Below are positions 51,138 to 64,000 of a stretch of 64,000 nt of DNA, piece after piece. The stretch lies in assembly GCA_964016885.1 (NCBI GenBank), contig OZ024740.1, forward strand, positions 97,030,001 to 97,094,000, in the 5' to 3' direction. Below the pieces are notes generated by a model, which did not search any database, was not told the origin of the DNA, and saw nothing but the letters and a program-made list of their open reading frames with translations. Numbering within the stretch: the stretch's first letter is position 1; every line of letters starts with the position of its first letter. A program made the translations under genes and the position numbers. The DNA comes from Eledone cirrhosa. Lineage: Eukaryota.

Positions 51138-52930
51138 GGAACAAGTCGGACCCCGACGGCTGAGCTCAAGCCGTTTCGACGGCTAATTCTGGACTAAATG
51201 AAAATGTTTAGCCTGGTATGTGAATAGCCGAACTTCTCAAGGGATAATTCCATATATGGTAAAAGTGATTGTCACAAGGATTGGTCAAAAGTTTGTTGTT
51301 AAGACACATGATTCTATCATGGCAATTTCTGGAAGGTAGGGGTAGCTGAACTTGCCAGTAGAATAAAGAGGGAGAGGGAGTGTAGGAAACGCAGTCAAGC
51401 GTTGAAAGTGAAAACTACAGCAGATTATTAGGATAGTGTATAGAAGGTCGAAAAAGTTTACTAGAGAAGGGTAGGGGGGTTGAAACAATAAGTAAATCTA
51501 AAAGGGAGTAAATATATAAAAAATTTAAAAAATATAAAAAACAATTTCTGGTTACTCGTCCCCTACTACAATCATCAAATCTCTTACTGGTACTGCTAAG
51601 CTGTAGAAGAGTTTAATAAGTGGGAAGGGATACTAAGGGTAACCTCTACTTACAAAGGTAGACGTAAATTTTGTTATATATTATTTTTTTATATTCTTCT
51701 TTATATTTTTTTTGTCGTTTCCTCTTTATTTCCTTCTTCCCCCATCCCTTCCTAGTCCTTCCACCCCAGATCTCCTTCTTTGTCGTCGTTCTTTTCACCT
51801 TCTCGCCCACCCCGATGCAGCCCTTCGGTCCACTGTAGCCTCAGTACACCCACCCCCCTTATTTTATGATAGAATTGGCCGATTCCGCTTTTTATACCAG
51901 ATGTGCTAGACCCCAGATACTTGCTCCCTTCTCTGGTTGCTGCCCCATTTCCGTGATTTCTAGATTTCTTAGTGGTATTTCTGATTTAGTTTCTCGTATA
52001 TCAGTATTTATATTTTGTATTCTGAATTAATATTTCGTATTAGTTTTTCATATATATTGTACGAGAATTTATGTAGATTGTATTAGAATTTATGCTTTGT
52101 AGCAGTATTTATATATTGTATTAGTTATTTATATATATTGTATGAGTATTTATGTAGATTGAATTAGAATGTATGTATTGTAGCAGTACTTATATATATT
52201 GTATTAGTATTCACGTTTCGGGAGTCTGAATTAATATTTCGTATTAGTTTCGGGATCCTGAATTAATATTTCGTATTAGTTTTTTTTTAGTGTGTTGGCC
52301 CTCAACTTGTTGACCTGTCATTTTAAGACAGCATTGGCCGATTACTACTAACTATTGTAGTGGTGGTAGATCCCCTGTCATGATGGCCTCATAAAATTCT
52401 TTCACTACAATCTCGTATTTAGTATCCCTTCCGACTTATTAAACTCTTATATAGCTTAGCAGTACCAGTGAGAGATTTGATGATTGTAGAAGGGGACTAG
52501 TAACCAGAAATTGTTTTTATATTTTTTATATTTTTTATATTTTTTATATATTTACTCCCTTTTAGATTTACTTATTGTTTCAACCCCCCCCCCCTCCCCT
52601 TCTCTAGTAAACTTTTTCGTCCTTCTATACACTATCCTAAGAATCTGGTGTAGTTTTCACTTTCAACGCTTGACTGAGTTTCCTACACTCCCTCTCCCTC
52701 TTTATTCTACTGGCAAGTTCAGCTACCCCTACCTTCCAGAAATTGCCATGATAGAATCATGTGTCTTAACAACAAACGTTTGACCAATCCTTGTGACAAT
52801 CACTTTTACCATATATGGAATTACCCCTTGAGAAGTTCGGCTATTCACTTACCAGGCTAAACATTTTCATTTAGTCCAGAATTAGCCGTCGAAACGGCTT
52901 GAGCTCAGCCGTCGGGGTCCTACTTGTTCC
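51138..52930. mobile_element. Non-autonomous element with ~500-bp terminal inverted repeats (MITE/foldback-like)
   Basis: 51138-51636 is the reverse complement of 52419-52930. Termini GGAAC..GTTCC are flanked by TA. The non-coding core contains a ~32-bp degenerate minisatellite (~52000-52290). Confidence 0.85.
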
Positions 52931-52944
52931 TATATATATATATT

Positions 52945-52981
<37 letters not shown>

Positions 52982-53013
52982 ATATATATATGTATTTATA
53001 TATATAAAATATA

Positions 53014-54122
53014 TATGATCGTCGGCAAATCACTGATGAGGGACTTATTTTATTACATGTTATCCATGTGCAACCTGCAGTATTCTTCTCCCCATATTTT
53101 CACATATATTTACCTAAACTGCGATTCTGTTTTTTTCTCTCTCTCTTACTGCTCCCTCGTTCTCTCTGTTTCTCCTACTTTCTTTCGCCCCCTCTGTCAT
53201 GTCAGTTAACTCTTCCTCACACTTCCACTCACTCACTCACTGTTTCTCCTCTTCTCACTTCACCCCGTTCGTGACGAAAACATTTTCTCTCTTTCTCTCA
53301 TTTGGATTCGTTCCCGAAAGTTCTTTTTTCTAAGCGCTCATATATTCACCTAGCTTATGCTAACAGAATAACTATGAAGCTTGTTCCCTTCCTTCTACGG
53401 TTAGGTCTCCTCTTTGTTGTTATCTTGTCTCACTCGCTTTACGCATTTTAATTGTCCTAATAACTTAATTTAGTTATTATTGCACCGACGTGAGGTATAT
53501 GATTTTTAATGCAATGAAATATCTATGATCGTCGGCAAATCACTGATGAGGGACTTATTTTATTACATGTTATCCATGTGCAACCTGCAGTATTCTTCTC
53601 CCCATTTTTTCACATATATTTACCTAAACTGCGATTCTGTTTTTTTCTCTCTCTTACTGCTCCCTCGTTCTCTCTGTTTCTCCTACTTTCTTTCGCCCCC
53701 TCTGTCATGTCAGTTAACTCTTCCTCACACTTCCACTCACTCACTCACTGTTTCTCCTCTTCTCACTTCACCCCGTTCGTGACGAAAACATTTTCTCTCT
53801 TTCTCACATTTGGATTCGTTCCCGAAAGGTCTTTTTTCTAAGCGCTCATATATTCACCCAGCTTATGCTAACAGAATAACTATGAAGCTTGTTCCCTTCC
53901 TTCTACGGTTAGCTCTCCTCTTTGTTGTTATCTTGTCTCACTCGCTTTACGCGTTTTAATTGTCCTAATAACTTAATGTAGTTATTATTGCACCGACGTG
54001 AGGTATATGATTTTTAATGCAATGAAATATCTATGATCGTCGGCAAATCACTGATGAGGGACTTATTTTATTACATGTTATCCATGTGCAACCTGCAGTA
54101 TTCTTCTCCCCATTTTTTCACT
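53014..54122. repeat. ~509-bp tandem repeat, 2.2 copies, between AT microsatellites
   Basis: atgatcgtcggcaaatcactgatgaggg at 53015, 53525 and 54033. Confidence 0.92.
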
Positions 54123-54126
54123 CATT

Positions 54127-54157
<31 letters not shown>

Positions 54158-54190
54158 TTATATATATAAACTACGCAACACTCAACAAAC

Positions 54191-54231
<41 letters not shown>

Positions 54232-54250
54232 TATATATATATATTTATAT

Positions 54251-54332
<82 letters not shown>

Positions 54333-54339
54333 GTTTGTT

Positions 54340-54640
54340 GAGTGTTGCGTAGTTTAGTTGTTAAAGCAGTTGATTTAAAATCATGAGTGTGAGTTCGATT
54401 CTTTGACCGAGTATTTCACGTTCCTCTAGTTCACTCAACTGCAAAATAGTTGTTATGTCACTTGGCCATGTTGTATCAACTTTTGCCTTTTCATTGGACT
54501 ACATCAGTGGCGTGAGGAGGAGAGACTGGCAAGCTTGGGCGACTGCTGGTCATCCATAAAATCTGTTTGACCTAGTCTTGAGGCGCGAGGGGGAAACTCT
54601 TGGTGCAAAACCCTTTGTCATTCGTAACCAAATGGTTTCA
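54340..54640 (+). mobile_element. Degenerate tRNA-derived SINE (second family)
   Basis: tagtttagttgttaaagc A-box-like and gagttcgattc B-box-like head followed by a ~250-bp body. Confidence 0.55.
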
Positions 54641-55049
54641 TAACCATCGATCAACGACGAAAATGACCATATATATATATATGTGTGTATGTGTGTGTGT
54701 GTGTGTGTGAGGGCGTGTGTGTGTGTGTGTGTCTGTGTGTGTCTGTATGTGCGCGAGCGTGGGTGTGTGTGTGTGTGAGTATGTTTGCGTGTGTGTGTGT
54801 GTGTGCCTGTGTATGCATGTGTGTGTGTTACACACTTTTTGAAATGAAGCAACGAAGCACATTTTTCTGCTGAACTACCAAAATTAATATACATCAAAAG
54901 TGATGCCAAGTCAAGTGGCTAACAAACAGTCACACACATATGCGCACACAGGTGCGCCCGCAAATATACTTCTCATATCCACAAACATACACAAGGAAAC
55001 ACACATATAGAGATAATAATCATTTGAACATCCATTCATCCATACATAC

Positions 55050-55090
<41 letters not shown>

Positions 55091-56564
55091 ATGCATACCT
55101 ATGATAACTGTAGTCGAAAGTTATTTCCAGCTAAACGTTCCTGCCAATTTATCCCCAACACTGCATTACATCCACCTCACCATAACTGGAAAAAACTTCC
55201 CCCTGAAATATCATAATAATGTTTAATCTAACAAGAGCCAATTAAATAGTTAAGGTTGACCCAACCACTCTATGCCAACTGTGATATTGTTACAAAAATC
55301 ACATACATGAGAGTTTGTATTTCGTTTCACTAAACACAAGTGGTCGCACTAAGCTGTTATTTATCTCCAGCCTTTAGCATTAAACGTCTGGCACAAAAGT
55401 ATTTTTCAGGATAAGGTGGATATATGCTTGATCTGTTGCCAATCAGTTTAAGTGCCATCATCACCATAGTCATTCTTATTATCGTTCCTATTAGTGCAAT
55501 CATCAGTTTCCTCTGTATCATAGTGTTGTTTGACAGCTGTTGATTGGTAACATCGGTAGAACTTCAACTAATATGACACTATAATATTTACTTATGTATG
55601 TGTAGGTTCAAATCCAGTGGAAGTTTAAGTTTACTTTATTTGAATCAAGCAGAACTATGATCAATGATACAGCAAGAGTGACCAAACTATATTTTAGTTT
55701 AAAAATTGTATTGGATATAAAGACGGGTAATTGTTTAAGAAGTTCACTTAACAATTATTGATACAACTCTGTAACATCTCGTGCACGTGTCTTTATTATA
55801 GTCTTTAGTTTACCAAAGCCTTGTGAGTGACATAGATTGGATGGAAAATATTGAAAGCTATAATTCAAAATTCCAACAGTGCTGTATATTGTCACATGAT
55901 TTGGCTTGGGAATAACGTTAAAGGTCCTTGAGATATATGTGATTTCTTAGAGTTTAAGAGTTATCCAGAGACGCTGGTCATATACTCTCCCTTACAATTC
56001 CAAGTGTTCTTAATTCTTCAAGATGTTTTCCATCATGTACCATATTACCATGAGGAAGCACATCAAACGTCAATAATCGTTTGATTCCAATGTTGTTTGT
56101 GTTTGAAATAGAAGTATTTTATAACCGTTTAGTATATGATAACGCTTAAAGCTGAATATTCCGTTTGATAAATATAAAATGTACACTATTGGTTCGCAGT
56201 TTGGATTCCTCCCTTGAGATTTGAAATCCCCACCATCACATCAGAGACAAGTTACTCTCATTTGAGAATCTCTGACTTGAATATTATTTCGTGAGAGGCT
56301 TGCTTATTAAGTTGATCAAACAACAAAAAACTTAAATGTAAACTAGCATTATATAAAATACTACATTTTCTAAAGAGTTTGTTTATTTAAAGAATTTTGT
56401 ATGTGATTTTAGAAAAATGTTGCTGCAGTTTCTAACAAATGCAGTCAATTCGAATCGATCGACAAGTTCCAGACTCCATTCGCTTAACACGGGTGGTACT
56501 GAATTCGTGAGATCAGAGCAGGGAAAGATTTGTTCAGAGATCTTTACATTGCTGATAGTATCTA

Positions 56565-56700
56565 CTAGACGCACCTCCTGACAGAAAGGGCAACGTGAAA
56601 TAAAGTGTATTGCTCAAGAACATAACGCATCACCCGGGCCATGAATCGAAAAAGCAACCTCACAATAGCAAATTCAATTGTCTAACGACTAAACCACGCA
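56565..56700 (-). mobile_element. Degenerate tRNA-derived SINE 5' part
   Basis: Minus strand gcgtggtttagtcgttag...ttcgattc head followed by tcttgagcaatacactttatttcacgttgc. Confidence 0.5.
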
Positions 56701-57013
56701 ACTTCACAGAAGCAAATGCAATAAACACAAATATGTTCCAAATTCAAGTTTATCGCAAGTAACGTTGTCAGGTGATATTAAAACTGTTGCTAACCCCAGT
56801 ATAAACTAAAAACACATGTGTTTCCTTGGAGGCAGAATAAATTGGAAGAAGTAGCCACTTTTTATCTTTGTATAAAACCCATGAAAGTGGTAAACTGACA
56901 TAGCCCTGTATAATAAACAAAAGAACATCTAATTATATATCTATGTGCGAGTGTGTATGTGTGCAAATATAAATATATATTTATATATTGCATGAATACT
57001 TATACTTAATATA

Positions 57014-57089
<76 letters not shown>

Positions 57090-57132
57090 TAAACAAATAA
57101 TGAATAAACAATTCCTTATATTAAACAAAAAA

Positions 57133-57290
57133 AGTTCATTATTTAACGATCGTTTCTAGGATATATATGTGTTAGAATTGGTATGCATATTCAACAGATC
57201 TATGTACAAAATTATACAAAATTATACAAATTATCAAGATTAAATATACATACCAACACATATATACGCCGTCTTCAGAAATAATGAAGT
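57133..57290 (-). ncRNA. Type I hammerhead ribozyme with ~115-nt stem II, core intact (pLTR)
   Basis: Minus strand reads ttcattattt CTGAAGA c gg..tatatatgtgtt ggtatgtatatttaa ... ttgaatatgcatacc..aacacatatata.cc ta GAAAC gatc GTT aaataatgaa. This gives a 10-bp perfect stem I and palindromic stem III ACGAUCGU. Confidence 0.8.
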
Positions 57291-57959
57291 ATATTTATTG
57301 ATAATAACAACAATTCAAAATTTCAGGTCCGTTTGGGAACAAAATTGACCAATGAAAACACAAAGGGTTAAATGCAGTTCGGTGTGTGTATATACATGCA
57401 AAACCCTTACACATATTTTACAAAAATGTATGTATAATTTGTATACCCATACTAAAAGGATGGATGCAAATACAAAATTTCAAGGTTAATGTCTCTGTAG
57501 GTTTATAATGCACAGATAAGATGCGTATTGACACTTTTGAAATTAAGTATATAAATATATTTTTTCATACACACACATATCCGTACAATCACACATACAC
57601 GCGCGTATATGCATAAATATACACATAACCACGAACATACAAACACACACACACCCCCACTCACATTTATATATGTGGATATAAAATCATAAGCACATGG
57701 ATATTAATTCACTCACATAAAACACTGGCACACACATTTTTAGATCAAGATACAGAAATTAGGTGGGAGGGGGGGGGGGAGAGGTCAGTGTTCAACGGTC
57801 TGAGCTGACTGCCTAATATAGATGTATCTATAAACTAAGAAAATAATAAATAAATAAACATTAAAGAGGAAAGAATAGAAAGAAAACAGAAAAAAGAAAA
57901 AAGAAAAAAGAAATATATCAAGAAAATAAATATATATATATACATATATACACACATAT

Positions 57960-57993
<34 letters not shown>

Positions 57994-58181
57994 ACACATA
58001 TATATATATAATATACATATATATACACATATACACACATACACACATACATAAATATACACACATATACAAACACATACATACATATACACACATCCAC
58101 ACTAAGAACATACATACACACACATATATAAACATATATATATACACACATACATACATATACACATATACATACAAATAC

Positions 58182-58228
<47 letters not shown>

Positions 58229-58544
58229 TATGTATATACACGTACATATACACACACTTATACATATGATCACACATACTATATAGACACAGATATATAT
58301 AACCACACACATACATGCACATATATAACACTTACATACTAATATACATACAGATATACACATACATAGCTATATATACACACAAATATATAGAGACTTA
58401 CATATATACATACAGACAAATACTTACGCATCTATATATCGGTATATACATACAAACACCACTACACTATCACACAACTTAGAAATACCAAGAGAAAGGT
58501 ATATACCTATACACACATACATATACAAATAGAAAAACATATAG

Positions 58545-58577
<33 letters not shown>

Positions 58578-58600
58578 TATACATATACATATATATATAT

Positions 58601-58640
<40 letters not shown>

Positions 58641-58862
58641 CATATACACATACACACACATACACATATACACACATACATACATGTACACACACATAGA
58701 AATATATACGCATACACACATACACACATACATATAAAGTCATACACACACATACACCTACACGAACATACACATACACATATATAAAGATATATATACA
58801 CACACACACACACACACAACACATACACACATACATATATATATAAAAAAAATAAATAATAA

Positions 58863-58921
<59 letters not shown>

Positions 58922-59291
58922 CATACATACACACAAATATACATACACATACATACACACATACATATACATACATGTACATACATACACGTACATCGAT
59001 ATACATACATATATATATACACACATAGACATATACATACATACACACACATCTTACATACACACATATATATACATGTATATTCATACATAGAATTAGA
59101 TATATAATCATACATACATATGTACTTACTTATACTCATATATACAAATACATACGCATCCATATATGCGTATATACATAAAAACACCACTACAACCTCA
59201 CCTAACTCAGACATACAAATAAAAATAAAAAGGCATATGCATATACATATATACACGCATTAATAGAGATATATATATAGATACATACATA

Positions 59292-59331
<40 letters not shown>

Positions 59332-59578
59332 CACACATACATTCATACATATATATATATAGATACCCACACACTCATACCACCATAAATACACATACAA
59401 ACACCGACATATACATATATATATACACACGCATATATATATATATATATACACACACATAAAAGACAGACATGCACATATATATATATTTTTTTACACT
59501 TATATATACACATATTATATACACATACACAACCTCACATATACACACATACACATAAGTTATATTATAATAATAAAA

Positions 59579-59648
<70 letters not shown>

Positions 59649-59711
59649 ATACAAACATATACATACATATATACACACATACGAATATAGACATATATTC
59701 ACACATAGACA

Positions 59712-59781
<70 letters not shown>

Positions 59782-61435
59782 TACATATACACAGACATAT
59801 ATACACACTCACATATATATGTGTGTGCACACACACACATATATACACACATACACATATATACACATAAACACATATATGTGCATACATGCACACACAC
59901 ACACATATATCACATAGATACGAAGATAGACATATAAATAGAGAGACATACATATATATACAACACACATACACTCACATACATACACACACATATACAT
60001 ATACATATATATATATATATATATATTCCCATATACACATATATACACACATATACATATATATATATATATACATACACATATACATAACACATTCACA
60101 TACACATACATATATACATGCATATATACACATATATACATACATACACACACTCATATATACACACACAATCTTACATTCATATTTGCATGCGCATATA
60201 TGTATTATTATATTTAGATATAAATACCCAAACCTATATAGACACCTACCTACAAATATATTTTCATACATACACGCTTACAAATACAGATGATAATAGT
60301 ATGGGGGAAAGGGGGGGTTTGGAGAAGGGGATCATAGTAAATATATGTTTCAAGAAACATAGAATATTTTCCGTATCTTTATCCAATGTATGTTTTTACA
60401 TAGTTTCAGTGTTAGGAAATACAACAAACAAGAACTAAGGCAAAATCTATGCATCTCAAAATAAACAAGTATACCATTAATTATATGTTAACTAAACCAA
60501 AGATAGTTAACATATTGATTTCTAAGGTGTAAATTAGTTAGGTTTATAATATTTGAAGCAGAATTTTGAAGTTAAATAGTAGTAGAGTATTAATTATAGT
60601 ATAACTAAATTAAAGTTAATAACGTTATGGTATCAATATTAGGAAATGAATTTAGTAATAGGGAAAAAACAAATAAAATAAAGTATTACATCGGTAGTAG
60701 AATATAAATTATAGGTTAACTAAATTAAAAATTATATATTTATTTCTATAGTATATGTTAATTAGGTATATAATACATAAAGCAGATATTGTATTTTATC
60801 AATAGCATAATATAATTATATGCAAATAGAAATCAAAATTAATACATATACATATACATATGCATACATATACATATATACATATATATACACATATATA
60901 TATATATATATATATACATATATACACACATACATACATACACACATACACATACACATATACATATACATATCTTTTTCAAAAAATTGCATAGAATATA
61001 TTAACTAGGTATATATCCAAAACACATCCCATTCTATGATTACATGACATTCTGCAATTCGTCTGTATAAGGATACTAATTTTAAGCAAATAAAATTAAA
61101 TTTTTAGGTTGATTAAAATTAAAACCAAATTATAAATATATTTCTAAAATGTATATTAATTAGGTCTATAATACTAAAAATTATTTCTCTGTCATTGGAT
61201 ACACGATATTATTTTATTATATTTTATCTGTAAAATAAATTTATAATAAAAGGTTTAAATAAATTAAAATTAATCTATAAATTAAATTACTAAGTATATA
61301 TTAGTAATACTTAAAGGGTTTTCACAATTTATGATTACATAATATTTTATATTCTCATCTGTAATAAAATTTTAATTAAATTAAATTTATAGGTTAACTA
61401 ACATTTAAATTAAATTAATTTCTAAAATAATGCTA

Positions 61436-62340
61436 TTAATTAGGTTTATAATATTTAAATGTTTTTTTTAGTTTATGATTACACGATATAATTAATTCCT
61501 GTCGTTTATTTAATAAGATATCCTTAGACTTCATTATTTCAAATAGTTCTTGGGAACATAATCTACATTCATTTCTATTATTTTGATAAGGGGTGGCTCT
61601 TTTGAGCACACTCCAGGTCAAATCATATTCTATATTCTTATTTTTATAACTATTGATTTTTTCTGCTAGAGATGTTGTATTAGCCAGTGCGGCATTTTTA
61701 AAACTATGCTTGTGGGTATTAAACCTTGTCTTAAAATTGTTAGAGGTAGCTCCTATATATGAGCAAATAGAATCTTTAGTTTTAACATTACATTTATAGA
61801 CTATGTTGTTAACAAGACAATTCCCTTTTAATGGGCAGTTTGCTTTGTTTCTACAATTACATCCTTTCGTTAATTCTGTATTTGAGGAGATATTATGGTT
61901 AATTTGATGTACTGGTGGTATACTTGTGGTTTTCTTACATTTATATGCATTATATGCACTTATATTTTGTTTTATGTTATTTGTTGTAGAATATGAGAAT
62001 TTAACTGTAGACCTATTTAAGATTTGATGGTATTTGTGGTTTGGCGGGAAGTTTTTCTCAAGGATATAAAAAAATTTTTTAGCAATATTATCCTTAACTT
62101 GTAAATTAAAAGGAGCATTATACCAAGTAACCTGTCTATTACGGTTTCTATGTTGTTTATTATTTTTATTATTTTTATAGGTTGTATCGTGATTTTTACT
62201 AGGAGGATTAATGTTAATGATCTCACCACAACTATTTTTAGTTATATTTGTAGATTTAGGTGTTTTATCCTTTTTATTAGGAGTTATATTATTAATATTT
62301 ATTAGAGTTGTATGATGAGTAGTTTTTTGAGAGTTACTAT

Positions 62341-62342
<2 letters not shown>
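61436..62342 (-). pseudogene. PLE linker + GIY-YIG endonuclease, 5'-truncated at (AT)n
   Basis: WYNAPFN..NFPPNHKYH..KFSYSTT..CNCRNKANCPLKGNCL..IVYKC..SYIGATSNNFKTRFNTH..CRLCSQE..LNKRQE..CNH. The first ~50 aa of the listed ORF come from flank and microsatellite. Confidence 0.92.
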
Positions 62343-62376
<34 letters not shown>

Positions 62377-62914
62377 CTTTATCTTCATCAGCATCGCTTT
62401 CATGCTTGATTTCCACACCTGATTTCCACACCTGCACAGGTGTGGAAATCATGTGTGTCAATTTTTTAGGCATAACTGACATGGAGACCATTTTCTGCTC
62501 ATACTTTCCATAAGCGTGTTGCTTTCTGTAGCTGAATCACCTTCCTAACACCAACAACCTTAAGGATGTAATAACAGTACTTCAGTGTGTGATGCAGTTG
62601 AAGTGGCAACTAAATTATTTCGACTGTTCCGCTTATTTTCTACAACTTCTGAGAGAACACTAGAGAAGTGGTAGTTTTCATTGTTTCAGATGCATGTGAT
62701 ACTGTAATAACTACAAGGAAAGATCTGCAATTTATATGTAGCTCCAGCAAGTTCAAGTCCTTACAAATTAGATTTCATTGAGGAAATATTTGTAAAATAC
62801 GAAACCCACTTTCTTAATGGTTGAAACCATTAAGCTAGAATGAAGCAAAATACACAGCAAGCAGATTTCAAACAAGAGTATTCACCTTATCTGCGTATTT
62901 AGATAAATATGCAA

Positions 62915-63005
<91 letters not shown>

Positions 63006-63179
63006 AAAATATACATATACATTATTGATGACCGTTAACTCTCACGGGTTTCTCCACCGTTTGATAAGTTTTTTTTTCACCTTTCTCTCTAAATAGAGAT
63101 GTATTTAATGTACACTTCTGCTCCTTACGGCACAACACACACACACAGATGCACACACACACACACACACACACAGATC

Positions 63180-63245
<66 letters not shown>

Positions 63246-63555
63246 AAATAGGGTCTAGATAGTAGGGCTGGGTGGTGACTGAAACCTAAGAGCTGGCTGT
63301 ACCAAGAAATAGGATGAACAAGTGTTTGGAAGCAAATGCTTCGATTAGTCATAGAAGTTTCTTAATTTAGATCAACCAAGTTAATGCACCATGTCACTCA
63401 TTGTAATCTACTGAATGAAACCTTCACCAGAATTCATTGATTTCAGAATTAAAGAAATCTTCTTATGACACGTTACAACAATGTTACTTGTCCGGTGTCA
63501 ATTTTGTTTTCAGTTCATATCACAAATATAGTAATTTTTGACAGAGGAGGATTTT

Positions 63556-63688
<133 letters not shown>

Positions 63689-63724
63689 TGTGTGTATGTG
63701 TGTGTGTGTATGTATCTATGTATA

Positions 63725-64000
63725 TATATAAACGGAAAAAATGAAACGAAATTTCATTTCCCACTCTTAGTACGGCCGTTACTTAAATATAAGTATGTAC
63801 ACGTACATACATATATGTATACAGACGTACATTAGTATGTATATATATATATACATCGGCCGGGTATTGGTATATATACATCGGACGTACATTAGTATGT
63901 ATATATATATAAATCGGCCGGGTGCACCGAAAACGATAAATGGAAAGAATGAAACGAAATTTCATTTCCCACTCTTAGTACGGCTGTTACTTAAATATAA
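63725..64000 (-). repeat. Rearranged fragments/start of another 420-bp family array on the minus strand
   Basis: aacgaaatttcatttcccactcttagtacggc.gttacttaaatataa occurs twice, and aatcggccgggtgcaccgaaaacgataaa is the reverse complement of the unit. Confidence 0.9.

Noticed and set aside
55100-56900. Possible host exon in less repetitive sequence
   Set aside because: No sizeable ORF, domain or convincing splice pattern. Contains degenerate SINE pieces.
61436-62491. Intact 351-aa standalone endonuclease gene
   Set aside because: The N-terminal ~50 aa read through flank and (AT)n by chance. The rest is a 5'-truncated PLE lacking RT.

Overview
AT-rich, microsatellite-saturated eukaryotic DNA. 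The SINE families and (AT)n/(GT)n density look like an octopus/coleoid cephalopod; this is an inference. No host protein-coding exon is recognisable, and nearly all ORFs in the track are microsatellite artefacts. The window is a nest of Penelope-like retroelements (PLEs): at least five decayed RT and/or GIY-YIG fragments, several with inverted pseudo-LTRs. It also holds several apparent satellite arrays (420, 310, 522 and about 322 bp units). Reading the units shows that each monomer of these four unrelated arrays carries a type I hammerhead ribozyme (HHR) motif (stem I - CUGAnGA - stem II - GAAA - palindromic mini stem III - NUH - stem I'), degenerate in the 322-bp copies. They therefore look like retrozyme-type non-autonomous partners of the neighbouring PLEs. 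The 310-bp array is almost invariant (19 HHR copies). The 310- and 522-bp arrays share a 5'-inverted, twin-priming-like geometry and sit in (TA)n tracts. Further single HHR motifs, some with very long stem II, mark PLE pLTRs. Also present are tRNA-derived SINEs, RTE LINE fragments and a long-TIR non-autonomous element. All folds were paired by eye; none was computed.
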